A stretch of 64,000 nucleotides of DNA from an uncultured Verrucomicrobiae bacterium. GTDB taxonomy: Bacteria; Verrucomicrobiota; Verrucomicrobiia; Limisphaerales; Palsa-1400. The notes under the pieces were generated by a model. That model worked only from the letters and a program-made list of their open reading frames with translations, did not search any database and had not been told where the DNA came from. The stretch lies in assembly GCA_963707025.1 (NCBI GenBank), contig CAVPOM010000004.1, positions 128,001 to 192,000 of the forward strand, read 5' to 3'. Shown here in pieces: positions 60,961 to 64,000 of the stretch (its first letter is position 1; each line of letters begins with the position of its first letter). The translations under genes and the position numbers were made by a program.

Positions 60961-61329
60961 ATACTCTTTCGATATTGTCACTCTTCCGGTTTCTCGGATG
61001 AACTGGCCGGAAAGATGAGCGATGCCCATGCGGCAGGCGAGTTAAAAAAGGGGCAGGTCAGCCAAATTCTGGATCGCGTTTGCGCTCCAACAGGCTGATG
61101 CCTCGGTCATTGGTGGGTCGGGAAAGGCAGGGCGGGCACTCTGCCCTTTGCGCCATAGCCTTGGCGAAGGCGCCCGCCCGCCGTCGGGCATTGGCAGAGG
61201 AAGCAACGCAACACAACCGTCCCGCCGCCGGCAGGGCACTGCCGGACCTGCCTCGCATGACGGACGCATTTTCAAACAGGTTTTTTATTTTGCCTTTCGC
61301 GGTCTTCGTTCGGGTACTCTCGTCATCCC

Positions 61330-63183
61330 ATGAACACCAAAATGCCACGCCGCGAGTTTTTGAAAGCCGCCCCCGTCGCCGCCTACGCGCTCTCCCAAGC
61401 CGTCCGGGCCGACGCCCCGCTCCCGGGCACGGCCGGGGCCGCCCTGAAGCTGGAGCCGTTCAATTACCGGGGAGTCACCCTGCGCGCCAGCCCGTGGCAG
61501 AAGCAGTATCAATCGGCCCGCGATTTTTATCTGGGCGTGGCCAACGACGACATCCTGCACGGCTACCGCGCCGCCGCCGGACTGCCCGCGCCGGGCAAGA
61601 CCCTGGGCGGCTGGTGCGAGACCAACAGCAACACCGTCTTCGGCCAGTGGCTCAGCGGGCTGTCGCGCATGGCTTGCGCCGGCGACGACCAGGCCCTGCG
61701 CGAGAAAGTCGCCTATCTCTTCACCGAATGGTCCAAGACGGTCAAGCCCGACGGCAATTGCGCCATTTTCACACGGACTGGCCTGGGCCATTACCCCTAC
61801 GAGAAATTGATTTGCGGCCTGGTGGACATGCAGTTGTACGGCGGCTACACCGGGACCGGCGCGATGATGGAAAAAGTCACCGACTATGCCATCAAGAATC
61901 TTCGGCGCGACCGCATTCCGGCCGCCCCGCGGCCCTGGCCGCTGCATTCCGGCACGCCCGGAGAATGGTACACGGTGGGAGAAAACCTTTATCGCGCCTG
62001 GCAATTGACGGGCAACTCCAAATACAAGGATTTTGCCGAAGTCTGGCACTACACGCCTTACTGGAACAAATTCGCCGACACGGCCGCGCCCGGCGACGCC
62101 TGGGGCGTTCACGCCTACAGCCACCTCAACTCCTTCAGCAGCGCGGCCATGGCCTATGCGGTCAGCGGCGACGCCTCTTACCTGCGCATCCTGAAAAACG
62201 CCTACGACTTTTTGCAAAACACCCAGTGTTACGCCACGGGCGGCATCGGCCCGGCCGAGCGCATCATGCCCGGCAACGGCAACCTGGGCAAAGCGCTGGA
62301 TTACCATCAGAACACCTGTGAAACACCGTGCTGCTCGTGGGCCTCGTTTAAAATGGCGCGCTACCTCACCCAGTTCACCGGCGAGGCCCGCTACGGCGAC
62401 TGGGTGGAACGGCTGCTCTATAACGGCGTCGGCGGCATCCTGCCGATCAAAGACAACGGCCGCCATTTTTATTACGCCGACTATCGCGTCTCGGGCGGGG
62501 TCAAGGTGTATGCGCGCGGCACTTACACCTGTTGCTCGGGCACTTATTGCCAGGCGGTGGCCGATTACCCCAACCAGATTTATTACAAGGACGACTCCAG
62601 CCTTTGCATCAGCCTCTATCTCCCCTCCGAAGTGACCTGGGACCGCCCCGGCGGCGCCGTCAAAGTCGTGCAGGAAACCCGCTATCCGCGCGAGGAAACC
62701 AGCGCCTTCACTGTGGACACCAAACCCGGCGCCGTCTTCGCCCTCAAATTCCGCGTGCCGGGGTGGTCGGAAAATATGTCTGTAAAAATCAACGGCGCGG
62801 CGGCGGCGGTGGATTGCCGGGCGGGAACCTGGGCGGTGGTGCAGCGAAGCTGGAATCCGGGCGACCAGGTGGAGGTGAGGATTCCCTTGCGCCTGCGCTT
62901 CCAGCCGGTGGACCGATGGCATCCGCAGCGGGTCGCGGTGGTGCGCGGGCCGGTGGTGATGGTGCAGGAGGGCAACGCCCACGAGCCGGTCTTCAAACTG
63001 CCGGACACCGATGAAGATCTGAACAAATGGCTGGTGGCGGATGACACCGCCGGCTGGTTCAGGATGGCCCCGCCCGACGGCCAGAACGTCATTGCCAAGT
63101 TCCTGCCCTTTCACGAGGCGATTGAGTCACTGGCCTATCGCATGTATTTCGACAATGACAAACTTCCCTTTATTTTATGGTAG
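61330..63183 (+). CDS. Beta-L-arabinofuranosidase (GH127/GH146), Tat-exported
   Basis: RREFLK; GQWLS, HAYSH, YATGG, ETPCCS, ERLLYN, TCCSGT, QETRYP, FRVPGW. Confidence 0.88.
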   Translation: MNTKMPRREFLKAAPVAAYALSQAVRADAPLPGTAGAALKLEPFNYRGVTLRASPWQKQYQSARDFYLGVANDDILHGYRAAAGLPAPGKTLGGWCETNSNTVFGQWLSGLSRMACAGDDQALREKVAYLFTEWSKTVKPDGNCAIFTRTGLGHYPYEKLICGLVDMQLYGGYTGTGAMMEKVTDYAIKNLRRDRIPAAPRPWPLHSGTPGEWYTVGENLYRAWQLTGNSKYKDFAEVWHYTPYWNKFADTAAPGDAWGVHAYSHLNSFSSAAMAYAVSGDASYLRILKNAYDFLQNTQCYATGGIGPAERIMPGNGNLGKALDYHQNTCETPCCSWASFKMARYLTQFTGEARYGDWVERLLYNGVGGILPIKDNGRHFYYADYRVSGGVKVYARGTYTCCSGTYCQAVADYPNQIYYKDDSSLCISLYLPSEVTWDRPGGAVKVVQETRYPREETSAFTVDTKPGAVFALKFRVPGWSENMSVKINGAAAAVDCRAGTWAVVQRSWNPGDQVEVRIPLRLRFQPVDRWHPQRVAVVRGPVVMVQEGNAHEPVFKLPDTDEDLNKWLVADDTAGWFRMAPPDGQNVIAKFLPFHEAIESLAYRMYFDNDKLPFILW

Positions 63184-64000
63184 CCGGAATCACCCAATCC
63201 CGGGCAACGTCCCCGTCTGGCGCGGCCGGGCGCGCGCTCTGTGCCCGCCCTTTTTTTCTGGTCGTGCTGGCTTTTTTGATCGGCTTTGCGCCCTGGGCGT
63301 TCGCCGGCCGCGGCGCGCAGACGGGCACCAATTCAGACCGCCCCGCGACCCGCGCGGAAATCCTGCGGGGCGCTCTCACCCCTCTGCGCACTTGCTACGA
63401 CATCACCTCCTACCATCTGGACGTGAGGATTGATCCCGGCGCCAAATCCATCAAAGGCTCCAATCGCATCGGGTTCAAAGCGACGGAGGATTTTGACAAG
63501 CTGCAAGTGGACCTGTTCACTAATCTGGACATTGAAAAAATCGTCTTGGACGACGGAGCCGAGGCGAGCTTCACGCGCGAGTGGAACGCGGTCTTCGTCC
63601 AGCTTCCCGTCACGGCGCGAAAGGACAGCAGCCATGCGCTGACGGTTTATTATTCGGGGCGGCCGACGGTGGCGCGGCGGCCTCCGTGGGAGGGGGGATT
63701 CACCTGGACGAACGACGCGGCGGGCCATCCCTGGGTGGTGGTGACGTGCGAGGGCACCGGCGCCAGCCTGTGGTGGCCCAATAAAGACCATCCGACCGGC
63801 AAACCCGGCGACGTGACCATCAGCGTGACCGTTCCGCCCGGCCTGGAGGACGTTTCCAACGGCCGATTGCTGGCCCGGACGGCGCTGCCGGACGGCTGGA
63901 CCCGCTTTGACTGGCACGTCAGCTATCCGATCAACAATTACGATGTCACCGTGAACATTGGAAAATTTGCCCACTTCAGCGACCAGTATGCCAGCCGCGG
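63177..64000 (+). CDS. M1-family metallopeptidase, runs off the window end
   Basis: Open frame from ATG 63177: signal peptide, LRGALTPLRTCYDITSYHLDV, PPWEGGFTW, CEGTGASLWWPNKDH, VSNGRL, PINNY. Confidence 0.8.
   Translation, partial: MVAGITQSRATSPSGAAGRALCARPFFLVVLAFLIGFAPWAFAGRGAQTGTNSDRPATRAEILRGALTPLRTCYDITSYHLDVRIDPGAKSIKGSNRIGFKATEDFDKLQVDLFTNLDIEKIVLDDGAEASFTREWNAVFVQLPVTARKDSSHALTVYYSGRPTVARRPPWEGGFTWTNDAAGHPWVVVTCEGTGASLWWPNKDHPTGKPGDVTISVTVPPGLEDVSNGRLLARTALPDGWTRFDWHVSYPINNYDVTVNIGKFAHFSDQYASR

Noticed and set aside
50481..63114. Long antisense ORFs (50481..52229, 59458..61098, 61285..63114; also 15296..16708, 20540..21709, 45758..47428)
   Set aside because: Opposite-strand shadows of GC-rich genes that have clear family motifs on the other strand

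Overview
This is a GC-rich bacterial window. Its gene families (prepilin-type H-X9-DG protein, Ig/RCC1 surface proteins ending in an RF[YF]R motif, Tat-exported glycosidases) suggest a Verrucomicrobiota/PVC soil or peat organism; that assignment is an inference. The left ~40 kb is a decaying accessory island. It holds scattered remnants of an integrative element (Ycf46-type AAA ATPase, DUF1257/Ycf35, DUF2997, SWIM-like, DUF3150-like), two inactivated IS4 elements, an IS66 scrap, a BlaI/BlaR1 pair, hipBA, a deletion-riddled gnd-zwf-glucokinase-glucoamylase operon, an attC-like site and many abrupt gene-fragment junctions. The most striking feature does not appear in the ORF track: a split array of 13 non-canonical tRNA genes at 22761-25989, immediately upstream of hipBA. 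None has a TTC T-loop and 12 of 13 have G at position 55. The four Leu-anticodon tRNAs lack a long variable arm, tRNA-Ser has an 8/4 fold, and a UAU-anticodon tRNA has a long variable arm. The right part carries surface proteins, a 9-heme cytochrome c-cytochrome b fusion, glycosidases (GH29, GH78, GH127) and a divergent methyltransferase / HTH-fused nuclease restriction-modification pair. All calls are by eye from the sequence and ORF track; no database searches were run. Single-base frameshifts could partly be assembly errors.
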